NCBI RefSeq assembly: GCF_020745735.1
Contig: NC_083412.1
Span: 48,983,181-49,047,180 of the forward strand
Length of the DNA: 64,000 bases
Direction: 5' to 3'
Source of the DNA: Hemiscyllium ocellatum
Taxonomy: Eukaryota
Every line of letters begins with the position of its first letter. The stretch's first letter is position 1. Under the pieces are notes generated by a model. That model saw nothing but the letters and a program-made list of their open reading frames with translations. It was not told where the DNA came from and searched no databases. This document shows positions 13,526-26,298 of the stretch, one piece after another. The translations under genes and the position numbers were made by a program.

Positions 13526-15356
13526 CACACTGCCCTGACTATACCAGGCAGTACACGCTGCCCTCAGTACACCAGGCAGTACACGCTGCCCTCAGTACAC
13601 TAGGCACTGCCCTCAGTACCCCAGGCAGTGCCCTCAGTATACCAGGCAGTGCACACTGCCCTCAGTATACCAGGCAGTACACGCTGCCCTCAGTACACCA
13701 GGCACTGCCCTCAGTATACCAGGCAGTACACGCTGCCCTCAGTACACTAGGCACTGCCTTCAGTACACCAGGCAGTGCACACTGCCCTCAGTACACCGGG
13801 CACTGCCCTCAGTACACCAGGCACTGCCCTCAGAACCCCAGGCAGTGCCCTCAGTACACCAGGCAGTGCACACTGCCCTCAGTAGACCAGGCACTGCCCT
13901 CAGTACACCAGGCAGTGCACACTGCCCTCAGTACACCAGGCACTGCCCTCAGTACACCAGGCACTGCTCTCAGTACACCAGGCAGTGCACAGGGCCCTCA
14001 GTACACCAGGCAGTGCACACTGCCCTCAGTACACCAGGCACTGCCCTCAGTACACCAGGCAGTGCACACTGCCCTCAGTACACCAGGCACTGCCCTCAGT
14101 ACACCAGGCACTGCTCTCAGTACACCAGGCAGTGCACAGGGCCCTCAGTACACCAGGCAGTGCACACTGCCCTCAGTACACCAGGCACTGCCCTCAGTAC
14201 ACCAGGCAGTGCCCTCAGTACACCAGGCAGTGCACACTGCCCTCAGTACCACAGACACTGCCCTCAGTACACCAGGCAGTGCACAATGCCCTCAGTACAC
14301 CAGGCAGTGCCCTCAGTACACCAGGCAGTGCTCGCTGCCCTCAGTACACCAAGTACTGCCCTCAGTACACCAGGCAGTGCCCTCAGTAAACCAGGCAGTG
14401 CCCTCAGTACACCAGGCTGTGCACACTGCCCTCAGTACACCAGGCACTGCCCTCATTACACCAGGCAGTGCACAGTACCCTCAGTACACCAGGCAGTGCA
14501 CACTGCCCTCAGTACACCAGGCACTGGCTTCAGTACACCAGGCACTGCCCTCAGTACACCAGGCAGTGCACACTGCCCTCAGTACACCAGGCACTGCCCT
14601 CAGTACACCATGCAGTGCCCTCAGCACACCAGGCACTGTCCTCAGTACACCAGGCTCTGCCCTCAGTACACCAGGCAGTGCCCTCAGCACACCAGGCACT
14701 GTCCTCAGTACACCAGGCTGTGCACACTGCCCTCAGTACACCAGGCACTGCCCTCATTACACCAGGCAGTGCACAGTACCCTCAGTACACCAGGCAGTGC
14801 ACACTGCCCTCAGTACACCGGGCACTGCCCTCAGTACACCAGGCACTGCCCTCAGAACCCCAGGCAGTGCCCTCAGTACACCAGGCAGTGCCCTCAGTAC
14901 ACCAGGCTGTGCACACTGCCCTCAGTACACCAGGCACTGCCCTCATTACACCAGGCAGTGCACAGTACCCTCAGTACACCAGGCAGTGCACACTGCCCTC
15001 AGTACACCGGGCACTGCCCTCAGTACACCAGGCACTGCCCTCAGAACCCCAGGCAGTGCCCTTAGTACACCAGGCAGTGCACACTGCCCTCAGTAGACCA
15101 GGCACTGCCCTCAGTACACCAGGCAGTGCACACTGCCCTCAGTACACCAGGCACTGGCTTCAGTACACCAGGCACTGCCCTCAGTACACCAGGCAGTGCA
15201 CACTGCCCTCAGTACACCAGGCATTGCCCTCAATACACCAGGCAATGCACAGGATCCTCAGTACACCAGGCAGTGCACAGGGCCCTCAGTACACCAAGCA
15301 CTGCCCTCAGTACACCAGGCCGTGCGCACTGCCCTCAGTACACCAGGCAGTGCACG
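13526..15356 (+). repeat. 1.8-kb minisatellite built from heptamers (CAGTACA, CCAGGCA, GTGCACA, CTGCCCT/GTGCCCT); 21- and 28-nt units
   Basis: Directly visible; higher-order periods of 147 nt (13966/14113) and 189 nt (14716/14905). Confidence 0.95.
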
Positions 15357-15689
15357 TACAGGTCATGTTGTTCACAAGGAGCTGTGAAGCCGTTTTCATG
15401 GTCACACAAGATGTTAGGAGGGGACCAGGTAGGAAATACAGAGAACGAATGATTTTCTCAGGCGTCATCGGACAGACTGACAGTGCGAAAATCTGAGACA
15501 AACACAACTTTACTGTCTCCACAGATCTCTTGAAAGCATCTCACAATTGCAAAATCAATCTTGCCAGTCTTCTGATCATCTTGTTTCTCAGAAACAACCA
15601 CAGGCATTGGCTGTTCCAATGGCAATAGCAGGAGGAGCAGCAGGAGCCAGCACTGGATGTGGAACATTCTGCTGGGACATAACTTCCTG

Positions 15690-16260
15690 TGCAAGGGGGC
15701 TCTCACCACTTAGCTGGAGAGCACTGGTCTAAAACCAACTCTACATGTCTCCTCAGAGATAGCTGTGACAACAATACTGCAGGATATCCCAGGAAGGTAC
15801 TGCCTCCATCAGCCAGCTGCTGCATGAGCATTTGGATCAGGAGGCAATCCCATTCCTGTTGCCTTGAAGATGATCATTTCAAGGCATCACTGGGGATCAT
15901 TGTGAAACCTCACAGCATCCATTCACACAGATGTATCCTTTCCTAAAGCACAACAAGGCATCAGCTTTGTTTGGATGCAGTGAGTGAAGCAGACAGAGCC
16001 ATTGACTTTGCTATCAACACAGGATTCTCCAGTGCAAGGCAAAATGATCGTACCAATGTAGTTTGCAGAGCTCTCTATCCCCAACCAACAGTGTTCATAA
16101 ATAGGGAAAACCTCCTCTCCATTAATGTGTAATCATCTGTGATCGCACGAGGCAGGTAATGCAGGCCTACACATGTTGTCTGGGGAGCATTCACTAAATC
16201 TTTTGGTCAACTGATGATTTATCGGTGATGAAGGATCCCCCTCAGATTTGGTAGGAACCC
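15690..16260 (+). mobile_element. Decayed PIF/Harbinger transposase (DDE_Tnp_4-like)
   Basis: Frameshifted remnants IPVALK, FQGxTGD, GFSSARQNDRTNVV (cf. GFPxVQGAIDCTHV), VFINRENLLSINV (cf. FINRKGFHSLNVQ), CDRTRQVMQAYTCCLGSIH (cf. CD...PGSxHD). Confidence 0.65.
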
Positions 16261-16264
16261 ATAG

Positions 16265-16345
16265 CCAGAAAGCACAGCCGGTCAGGCAGCATTCAAGGAG
16301 CAGGTGAGTTGACGTTTCAAGCTTAATCTCTTCATCAGGAAGAGC
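16265..16345 (-). mobile_element. Penelope-like hammerhead + tail mini-fragment
   Basis: Reverse complement ttc-CTGATGA-agagattaagctt-GAAA-cgtc-aac...gctgcctgacc.gctgtgctttc. Confidence 0.7.
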
Positions 16346-16371
16346 CTGACTCCTCAGAAAAGCTGCGCATC

Positions 16372-17263
16372 AAGTCATACAGCATGGAAACGGACACTTT
16401 GGTCCCACCAGTCGATGCTGAACATAATCTCAAATAAACTTGTCCCACCTGACTCATATCCCTTCAAACATTTCCTTATACAAGTGCCTTTTTAAATGTT
16501 GTAACTTGCCGCAACCACCAGTTACTCAGGAAGATCATTCAACACACAAACCTCCCTCTGTGTAAAATATTTGCCTCTCCTGTCTTTCTTAAATCTCTCT
16601 TTTCTCACCCTAAAAATGTGTCTCTTGTCTTGAACTCTCCCATCCTTTGGAAAAGATACCTACCATTAACCCTATCCATAACCCTCATGATTTTATAAAC
16701 ACCCATAATGTCTCCTCTCAACCTCCCACTCTCCAGTGAGAGAAGTCTCAGTTTATCCGGCCTTTCTTTATAACTCAAACCTACCATGCTTGGCAACATC
16801 CTAGTAAACCCCAGTTGTAGGCGGCACAGTGGCACAGTGGTTAGCACTGCTGCTTCACAGCGCCAGAGACCCGGGTTCAATTCCCGCCTCAGGTGACTGA
16901 CTGTGTGGAGTTTGCACGTTCTCCCCGTGTCTGCGTGGGTTTCCTCCGGGTGCTCCGGTTTCCTCCCACAGTCCAAAGATGTGCGGGTCAGGTGAATTGG
17001 CCATGCTAAATTGCCCGTAGTGTTAGGCAAGGGGTAAATGTAGGGGTAAGGGTGGGTTGGGCTTTGGTGGGTTGGTGTGGACTTGTTGGGCCGAAGAGCC
17101 TGTTTCCACACAGTAAGTAATCTAATCTAAACCTCTTCTGAACCCTCTCCAGCTTAATAATATCCTTCCTATAACAGAGCCACCAGAAATGGACACAATA
17201 TTCCAGAAGAGTCTTCACCAATGTTCTGTACAACCTCAACATGACTTCCCAATTCTTATATCA
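16372..17263 (-). mobile_element. CR1 3' fragment interrupted by a SINE (16811-17127); continues at 19681-19745 after the PLE insertion
   Basis: Minus ORFs LLEYCVHFWWLCYRKDIIKLERVQKRF and FTRMLPSMVGLSYKERPDKLRLLSLESGRLRGD. Confidence 0.85.
16811..17127 (+). mobile_element. tRNA-derived V-core SINE (HE1-like), young copy
   Basis: A/B-box-like head (tggcacagtggttagc; gggttcaattccc), V-core gtgtggagtttgcacgttctccccgtgtctgcgtggg, CR1-like tail, (TAATC)n; 6-bp TSD TAAACC at 16805-16810 and 17128-17133. Confidence 0.9.
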
Positions 17264-19680
17264 GTGTCAAACCGTGCGGTGCTGGAGAAGCACAGCCAGT
17301 CAGGCAGCTTCCAAGGAGCAGGAGAGTTGACGTTTCAAGCACAAGCTCTTCATCAGGAATGTGGGGGTGTGGCTGAGAGAAGGGGGATGGGGCGAAAGGA
17401 ATGTGATAGCTGGATGAAAATGGTGAAGCAGAGGGTGGAGAGAATAGGAGGAAGGAAATGGAGAGGTAGGACCCAAACTTCTCTCACCCAAAATTCATAA
17501 ACTTGACTGCCCCAGTCGACCCATCATCTCAGCCTGCTCCTGTCCCAACAAACTCATCTCTGCATACCTTGACACCGTCCTGTCCCCCTTGGTCCAGGAT
17601 CTCCCCACATACATTATGGACACCACCTATGCCCTTCACCTCCTCCAGGACTTTTGGGTCCCCAGCCCCCAGTGCCTCACCTTCACCATGGACAACCAAT
17701 CCCTGTATGCTTCTATCGTCATGACGAAGTCCTCCAAAGCCTCAGTTTCTTCCTTTCACATTGATCCAAACAATACCCTTCCACTGACACTCTCCTTCGA
17801 TTGGCTGAACTGGTCCTCACCCTCAACAATTTCTCCTTCCAACCTTCCCATTTCCTCCAGACCAAAGGGTTGCCATGGGCACCTGCATGGGCCCCAGCTA
17901 TGCCTACTTCTTCATCAGGTATGTCGAACAGTCCATCTTCTGCAGCCACACCAGCACCATTCCCCACCTTTTCCTCCACTACTTCAATGACTGTATCGGT
18001 GCCATCTCGTGCTCCCACGAGGAAGTTCATTAACACCTTCCACCCTGATCACAAGTTCACCTGGACCATCTTGCTAACCTCCCTCCGCTTCTTGGATCTT
18101 TCCATCTCCATTTCAAATGATCGACTCAACACGGACATCTACTACAAACCCACCAAGCCCCACAGCTACTTCAATTACACCTCCTCCAACCCTGCCTCCT
18201 GTAAAAATGCTTTCCCTTATTCCAATTCCTCCGCCTCCACTGCATCTAATCCCAGGAGGACCAATTCCACTATAGAATATCCCAGATGGTCTCTTTCTTC
18301 AAGGTTATTAGATTAGATTACTTACAGTGTGGAAACAGGCCCTTCGGCCCAACAAGTCCGCACCGACCCGCCGAAGCGCAACCCACCCTTACCCCTACAT
18401 TTACCCCTTACCTAACACTACGGGCAATTTAGCATGGCCAATTCACCTGACCCACACATCTTTGGACTGTGGGAGGAAACCGGAGCACCTGGAGGAAACC
18501 CACGCAGACACAGGGAGAACGTGCAAACTCCACACAGTCAGTCGCCTGAGTCGGGAATTGAACCTGGGTCTCAGGCGCTGTGAGGCAGCAGTGTTAACCA
18601 CTGTGCCACCGTGCCGCCCACGGTGATTTCCCCTCCCATTTGGTCAACGATGCTCTCTGGCGCATCTCCACTGCCCACACCTCCGCTCTTGAACCCCATC
18701 CCTCCAATCGCAACAAGGACAGAAGCCTCCTGGTCCTCACCTTTCACCCCACCAACCTCCAGATACAATGCATCATCCTCCGCCATTTCTGCCAGCTACA
18801 AACAGACCCCACCAACAGAGATATACTCCCCTCCCCATCCCTACCTTTATTCTGTAGAGTCCATTCCCTCTGCAACTCCCTTGTTAGGTCCATGCCCCCT
18901 ACTAACCCCCCTCCACTCCCAGCACCTTCCCTTGCCACTGCAAGAGGTGTAAAACCTGTGCCCAGATCTCACCCTTACCTCTGTCCAAGGCCCCAAAGGG
19001 TCCTTCCAAATCCAGCAGAGATTTTCCTGCACATCCAAATACTTCATCTACTGTGTCCATTGCTCTCGATGTGGTCTCCTCTACATTGGGAGACAGGGTG
19101 CCAACTTGTGGAATATTCTAGAGAACATCTCTGGGACACCTGCAACAAACACTGCACCGCCCTGTGGCTGAACATTTCAACTCCCCCTCCCACTCCACCA
19201 AGGACATGCAAGTCCTGGGCTTCCTCCACCGCCAAGCGCTTGCCACCTGATGCCTGGAGGAAGAAAGCCTCATCTTCCACCTTGGGACCTTCCAACCACA
19301 CGGGATCAATGCCAATTTCACCAGTTTCCTCATCTCCCCTCCCCCCAGATCCAATCCTCCAACTCAGCACCGCCCTCTTGAGCTGTCCTACCTGTCCATC
19401 TTCCTTCCTATCTATTCATCCCACCCTCCACTCTGACCTATCACCATCGTCCTCACCTTCATCTACCTACCATATTCCAAGCTACCTTATCCCAAGCCCC
19501 AACCCTTCCATTTTTCTCTCAGATCCCTTGACCCCCAAACCCTCCCCACTTTCCTGATGAAGATCTTATGCTTGAAACGTCAACTCTCCTGCTCCTCGAA
19601 TGCTGCCTGACCTGCTGTGATTTTCCAGAGCCACACCTTTTTGACTCTGATCTCCAACATCTACAATCCTCACTTTCTCC
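17264..19680 (+). mobile_element. 5'-truncated Penelope-like element: RT + GIY-YIG endonuclease, inverted 5' terminal repeat
   Basis: KIHKLDCPSRPIISACSC, FTMDNQSLY, AMGTCMGPSYA, HYFNDC (decayed YIDD), FLDLSI, IYYKPT; CTSKYFIYCVHCSRCGLLYIG (GIY-YIG). Hammerheads at 17325-17360 (-) and 19551-19585 (+). Imperfect TSD ttcccaat(t/c)c(t/c)tata at 17246-17260 and 19681-19695. Confidence 0.9.
18308..18621 (-). mobile_element. tRNA-derived V-core SINE, young copy inside the PLE ORF
   Basis: Near-identical (reverse complement) to 45260-45578. Confidence 0.9.
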
Positions 19681-20249
19681 TTCCCAATCCCTATACTCAA
19701 AGGACTGAGCAATGAAAGCAAGCATGCTAAATGGCTTCTAAGTCTATTTAGAGCAGGCCATAAACATCCTGAAGGTGAGATTCAGTTGCCTCTACTGGCC
19801 AGATGGCACAATGCAGTAATAGTTATTTGCTGCCAGACAATAAAGAGAGAATGTCTTGGGATAGGATTAGACAGAGGAATGACAGCACTGTTCCCTCTAA
19901 GGTGCAGCAGAGTTGTGGTCCAACAAGCCAGAGAGGCACGCAAAAACCTTACAATCACTGGTTTCCAAAGGGATGGAGATGTATAGACATATTTCTTTGA
20001 ATGTCTGGTTTATTATGGATTAGTTGGTTGAGAAACCACTATGTATAAGTTTCAGCATAACTCATCAACTGAAAAGGGTTTCATTTCACACCATTGTTTG
20101 GAATAAAGGAAACATTTTTATTTTCTATTTGCTTATGTAAGAAGGTTCTGAGGCAGGAAACCTTGCTGAGAAAGTTTTAGGCTAAGTCCTAACTGTATGC
20201 ATCTGTGTTACAGCTTGCTTGAACAGGGGCTGATGGAAGGTTGCACTGT

Positions 20250-21800
20250 CCTGGGCCAGCCCTCAATAAAGGGAAGGCAGGAATGGGCATGCTCACCCTT
20301 CACAGGACTCCCCTGTGGCATCTACTTCTGTGGCATCCTACCTGACAGCAATAGTCACAGTTTCCATCCTGTCTCCTTGCAGCCCTTTACACTCTTAGGT
20401 TCAAACAATGTAGCTCTGCAGTGCCTATGGGAATGAGCTTGCAGTACTATGAGTTCTTGGCTTGCCTGAGTAATGCTGAGAGACACTACTCAGATGTGCA
20501 CTTCAAACCTCAAGTGTTAAAAATGTCTAGCCTGCTAATGGAAACCAAAGTACATACATTACCATAAATAACCATGTCCTCAAAACAGCATTGATTTTCC
20601 TTTGCCTCCTACTCTCTAGATTTAACCTTAATGCCTACAAGCAGAGACAGAGGGAGCCTAGTAGCTGGTATTCCCCAGTGACAGTTCAGCCTTTGGTGAG
20701 TTTCTGCAGGAGGCTCATGCCTAGAGGGCCCTTTGCAGAGTCTCCTGCACAGATGCAAATGCACCCTCTTTGACCTAATCTGCTGCAGCCAATGAAGTCA
20801 CTTGGAGATTGAGGTAAATGACTGGGGTTCCTCAGGAGTGTCCTGAAAGTAAGCCTCTAGGATATCTGCCTGTTGCTGCTACTCCTTGTAGCTGTCTACT
20901 GATATCAAGCTATCTCTTCGAGAGGAAGGAGTACCCATTGTGAGGTTGAGATTACCCTCTCGCCTTGCCATTGACACTGAGAATGCATGACTTACGTGAT
21001 GGAGTGATAGATGGCAGCCATGGAGTGTTCTGCTGTACCTGGGTCTCTGTGGGAGCAGCCAAGCCTCACATACTGGAGTCACATAGTAGAACAAAGTTCA
21101 ATAAATGCCACCATTATCCACTACACTACACTAAGAGCCTGTGGCTTATCTGTTTGTTTCCCCCTGCCTCTGTCTGCAGCTTGACCTTATGGCTAAATAC
21201 AGAGATATATCTTGTGCACAGGGCTCAGCAGCTGCCTTGTCACCGGCAGTCTTCTGACTATCAACAATCTGGGAAGGGTTCTCCCTCCAGTGGCTGCAGG
21301 CACATGTCACTGGTATGTTCACCAAATTGTGTCACCACATCTAATCTACCTAAGATACCTACTGATGTGACTGTCTCCGTGTTGGTGGAGAGTGTAGCTG
21401 AGTACCATAGTGATACCTCCTCAAAGTTTTCAAAGTCATCATCCCTCAGTGGTGGTAGCACTGCTGGGCATCTGCTGTGCCTGCTTCTGTTTCCTGTCTG
21501 TTATTGATTGCTTGTGCCTGTGGAAGAGAAGAGGGACAATTAGTCGAAGAAGATTTTGACTCCATGATATAAGTTGAATGTGTGAGACAGTTAGCATATC
21601 TGAAAAAAAAGGAGGTCATGATGTTCCTTCCTGCCACGCCAATCTAATCATCTGCTCAGGAGTGATCTTGGTCCTCACTCACCCGTGGATCATCACATCA
21701 TCAATGCGGAGCTTCATAAAGCCTCTGCCAGTCTTGGCGCCACCCTTCTTAATGTGTACCAGCTTGTTCTGTAATAAGAGAAAGAGAAGGGGTGTGTGTG
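20250..21800. mobile_element. Decayed Harbinger element: transposase remnant (+, ~20250-20770) convergent with Myb/SANT-like ORF2 remnant (-, ~20880-21800)
   Basis: + strand: PDSNSHSF, LLGSNNVALQCLW (cf. LLGDxGYPL..W), NAERHY, YSPVTVQPLVSFC. - strand: NKLVHIKKGGAKTGRG (cf. KxAHNxRERxKTGGG). Confidence 0.45.
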
Positions 21801-21984
21801 ATGGGAGTGTCTGTGTGAACGCTAGATAAACATGCCTAGCCTTGACTGGTGCGAATCCCTCTCCAGTACAATACCCAGGAAGTATCAGAAATTGGAAACA
21901 TAAGGCAGTAATGAGTTCTTCAGCACTCGTAATTAAACGTCAGGACTTCAACAAGGAATTAGAAGGGCTAAAAAGGATCATGTA

Positions 21985-22942
21985 AAGTCTTAACAAACAG
22001 AATGAAGGAGAATCCAAAGCTCTTTATACATACACAAAAAGCAAGAGGGTAATCAGGGAAAGGGTTGGTCCAATCAAGGACAAAGGAGGGAATCTGTGTG
22101 TGGAGCCAATAGAGGTGGGTGAGATCCTAAATGAATACTTTGTGTTGGTGTTCATCAAAGAGGAGGAATTGGTGGAAGATAATCTCAAGGAATGGAGTGG
22201 TGAATTTCTACGCCAAGTTGCTAGTAAAAAGGAAGCGGTGTTGAGCATGTTAAAAAGAATTAGGATAGATAAATTCCCAGGTCCAGATGGGATCTATCCC
22301 AGAATATTGTGGGAAGCAAGAGAATAAATTGTTGGAGCAACATCTTTGTATCCTCTTTGGCCTCAGATGAGCTCCTAGAGGACTGGAGAATTGCCAATGT
22401 AATCCCATTGTTTGAGAACGGTAGCAGGAATAATCCAGAAATTTACAGGCTTGTGAGTCTTATGTCAGTGGTAGGGAAATTATTGGAAAAGATTCTCAGG
22501 GATGTGATCTATATGCATTTACAAGGAATTGGACCGATTAGTGATAGACAGTATGGTTTTGTGCAGGGGTGTTATGCCTCACCAACTTGATCAAGATTTT
22601 TGAGATGGTGATGAAGATGATTGATAAATAAAACCGGTTGATGTTGTCTACTTGGGCTTCAGTAAAGCCTTTGATGAGGTCCCTCATGGCAGACTGATAT
22701 GAAAGGTGAAGCCTCATGGTATCGGGGTGAGCTGAGCAAGATGGATACAGAACTGGTTTGGTCATAGAACACAGAGGGTAATGGTGGAAGGATGCTTTTT
22801 GGAATGGAGAGTTGTTCCACAAGGATCAGTGCTGGGTCCTCTGCTGTTTGTGATCTACATAAATCTAGTAAGTTTGCAGATAATACAAAGATTGGTGGAG
22901 TTGCAGATAATGCGGAAGATTGTCAGAGGATACAGCAGGACA
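21985..22942 (+). mobile_element. CR1 ORF2 internal fragment (RT)
   Basis: [52 protein letters not shown]. Confidence 0.9.
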
Positions 22943-22976
22943 ATTGATGTTTCAGGCATGATCCCTTCATCAGGAC
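22943..22976 (-). ncRNA. Isolated degenerate hammerhead motif at the end of the CR1 fragment
   Basis: Reverse complement gtc-CTGATGA-agggatcatgcct-GAAA-catc. Confidence 0.5.
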
Positions 22977-25951
22977 CTATGTCTACCTTATGTTTTATGT
23001 AAATCTGAACATTAATGCATACTTATTGGGTAAACCTCCTCTTGAAATAAATAGAAGTACCTGTTTTCTGATTGTTGATAACAAGACCAAATAGTGCTCC
23101 CATATTAAATTTTTCAGATGGCCAAACTATGAGTTAATTACCTTGTGGCTAAATAACTCCCCATTAGTCCTAGATTGGTCTTTTACCAGTTTGACTTATG
23201 TCCACTTATCTCACTACTGCAGTCTCCTTGAAGCTTACTAACTTATTATTTACTACTTACTATGAAATATATTACATTTGACAGCTATTGGCCTCAAACT
23301 TCAGATAGGCATCAGATCTGTTTTGATAACTGCCAATTGTAGGAAAATCTCCCTGCTTAGCTGCCAGTGTTTTCTATGGTCACAATTCCTAAGCTGACTG
23401 CTTCCTGAGGTGTCCATCTCTTCATGTTAGCTACTCCTCAACACAGCACAGGAGAACTGAAGCCACATCCTTCCCTCCCTGATGCCAGGAAATTGGAAAT
23501 GTCCATTAAGGGCAGAAGTGGACAAGGATTGAAACTCTAGGTAAGTTGCATAAAATTTGTGTAGCACATTTTCAGACATTACATAGCCTTTGCTTTCTTG
23601 GTTCTTTTAAATATTTAATGATTTTTTTATTGATTCATTGTAAATGTAATCTTTGTTTGATTTATTCATTTAATAACTTTGTAATTTAATAATTCACAGT
23701 GAGGTTCATTTTTTTTATTTCCCATTCAATATTCATTTGAATGAATGTGTGGGATTGACAGATGTAAATGGGTAAGAGGGTAGAGAGGCTGAGGTAAGGG
23801 GATAGGGTGACAGTGGGATGGGATTGCACCTGGATACATAGGCATGTCAGTAAGGTGGTGATGGGTAGGTTATTAGGTTGATAGGGAATCAATTGGATAG
23901 GCTGATAATTACAAGGGTGGCAGGTTGGTATCTGAGTAGGGTGGCAAGGGAAGCAGAGGATAAGTGGCAGGTGGATGAGCAAATAGATTGGCAGGTGGTT
24001 GAGGCATAGGCTGAGTCAGGCAATAGTTGGAATAGATCATGGGAAGAGTCAGGTGGTGAGTTAGTGGCTGTTTGGATCACGGGGAGCCATGGATTCAGCT
24101 CAGGGAGGTCAGGGGTTTTTTAGATGGTTGGAGAAAATTTACTGGTTAGTTTGGGTTAGGACAGATGTTTATCAGTGGGGTGTCAGAGAAAAAATGGTGC
24201 AGGCAAGCATGGGTTGTTGAGAGTGTCAGGGCTGGGTCACAGGGGAGGATCAATTCCACAGTTATTCAGGAGTTGGAGTTGGTCTTAAGCTCTCTAATCT
24301 TTCCTGGGTGACTATTCAAGTAAGTCAGAACCATCTAAAGTCTCCCACTCAATCTCAGAATTAAATGTGGATCAAGAGAGAAAACAGTTCCTCCTGTGCT
24401 ATGACCACATGAGAAGGCCTGAACTAACTTTCTTCTTTTCAATCTTCTTGGTCTGTTGCAACAAAAGGTTGAATAATGATGGTTTGTGACCAAAGCCTTC
24501 TGCAATCACGACAGTTCACTAGTTTGTACTATTTCCATAAGGAGCCATTCACAAGCTTCTCTTGAGTAAAAGAAAATTCTGTCACCTGCTAACCCCAAGA
24601 AAAATAAAATTGTCTAAATAGCAGCTTGATTGTGCATACCAAGTTGCCAAGCTCATCATATTCAATTTTGATAATTGTCGGTGATGTTGGATCTTCAACA
24701 TGTGAATATTCTTATATTGGTATCAATCAAAGAGGAGGCGAGGAACTTTAGACATCTCCCAATGGTGGAGGGCAGTTGGAGAGTGAGGGGGTGTTGCTGA
24801 CTGGTCTTATTGCCCTTGTAGAAATGTTAGTTCAGTACAGATGGTTTTTGACCTAATTCACATCGGTTTCATGAAAATTGTTCAAACTGTGTGGACCAAA
24901 TGTTACCTGTGGCCATTTTTGGACTCTTTTTAAAATCATTCCATAAAGCTTCCATTTATTAAATTGTAAATCAAACATCAACAGTTTGAATATAGTTGTG
25001 TTACATGATACATCACTAAAATTGTTTCTGTCTGCATCTCTGCTCATCAAGAAACAACCTGCAACCATATCAATGCACATGTCAATATACTTCTGATTTA
25101 CCAACACTTTTGTACAAAGATCTCTGCTACTAGAATGATTTTAGTGCCATAAATACTGTACAACCCAAACTCATCTTCACTTTACCATGATGGTTCACAT
25201 CAAGATTGTGAACTCCACCCTTGTAATGTTGCTGGGTTTTTTTTAATCGCCATTGGAAGGATTTCTTTCTCCTGTTTTGCCCTTCACTCAGTATGTGATT
25301 TATAGATTTCTTTTGCTAGATGATGGTTTAAAGTATTGGGCTGTATTAGAGGCTGTTGGTGCAATGCTAAGATATGACACATGAGACATTGTTCATTAAC
25401 TTTGAGTAATCACCAGATGTCATTAATCTTCTTTCAATTCTGCAGCCCTGCATCCAATTTTGTAAGTTTCCAATTTAGCCCCAACAGAATTATAACTATT
25501 GTGGAGAATGGAGTCAAATGATAAAAGAATTAAAGAGCATACAATTCACATGGATACAAGTGGTCAAAGAAGGATTTTTTACATTATAGTCTCAGGCAGG
25601 CTTTGCTTAGCCTGTGCACTCTTCTACCATCCAACATCCACCTCTCTTGAGCCAGTGTCTGGAGCATGGTCGAAGAAAAGGCATAGTGACATGACAACAA
25701 TACCAGGGATTTGGAAATCAAAAGGATGAAAGCAAACATTTTAGAGAAACAAAACAATTTCCAGTGGTTAGAATAGTTTTGAGGTGGAAGGAGAGCATGT
25801 TCTATCGACCAATACAAATAATTTCTCAAAATCACCAAGAATACTGAATTTACTTCTATAAACAAATAGCTAATGCCCCCCACTCAAATCCTCCCCCACT
25901 CAAAATCCACCTCCAATCAGCCTGGAAGAATGTATGGATCCCTAACAGTTC

Positions 25952-26298
25952 TGGTAATTCAGTGGTTAGCACTGCTGTCTCACAGTACCAAGGGCCCAGT
26001 TTGATTCCAGCTTTGGGTAACTGTATAGAGTTTTGACATTCTGCCCATGTCTGTATGGGTTTCATCTACGTGCTCCAGTTTCCACCCACAATCCAAAGAT
26101 TTGCAGGTTAGAAGGATTGGCCATACTAAATTTACCATAGTACCTTGGAATGTGCAGGCTAGATGGATTAGCCATGGGAAATGCAAGGTTACAGGAATAG
26201 AGTAGTGAGGTCAGTCTGGGTGGGATGCTTTTCAGAGGGTCAGTGTGGACTTGATGGGCCAACTGGCCTGATTCAACACTGTATGGATTCAATAATTC
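25952..26298 (+). mobile_element. Older V-core SINE
   Basis: agtggttagcactgctgtctcacag head, diverged V-core, tggacttgatgggcc tail. Confidence 0.8.

Noticed and set aside
13526-15356. Possible CRISPR-like array
   Set aside because: No unique spacers, eukaryotic context, no cas genes.
13845-15496. Long ORFs (406, 393, 342 aa) rich in PQYTR/STPG/SVHQ
   Set aside because: They arise in all three + frames from a stop-poor heptamer repeat; there is no start context or splice support, and the frames interconvert.
16811-16890. tRNA gene-like heads
   Set aside because: They are SINE 5' regions continuing into the V-core; no complete cloverleaf or acceptor stem.
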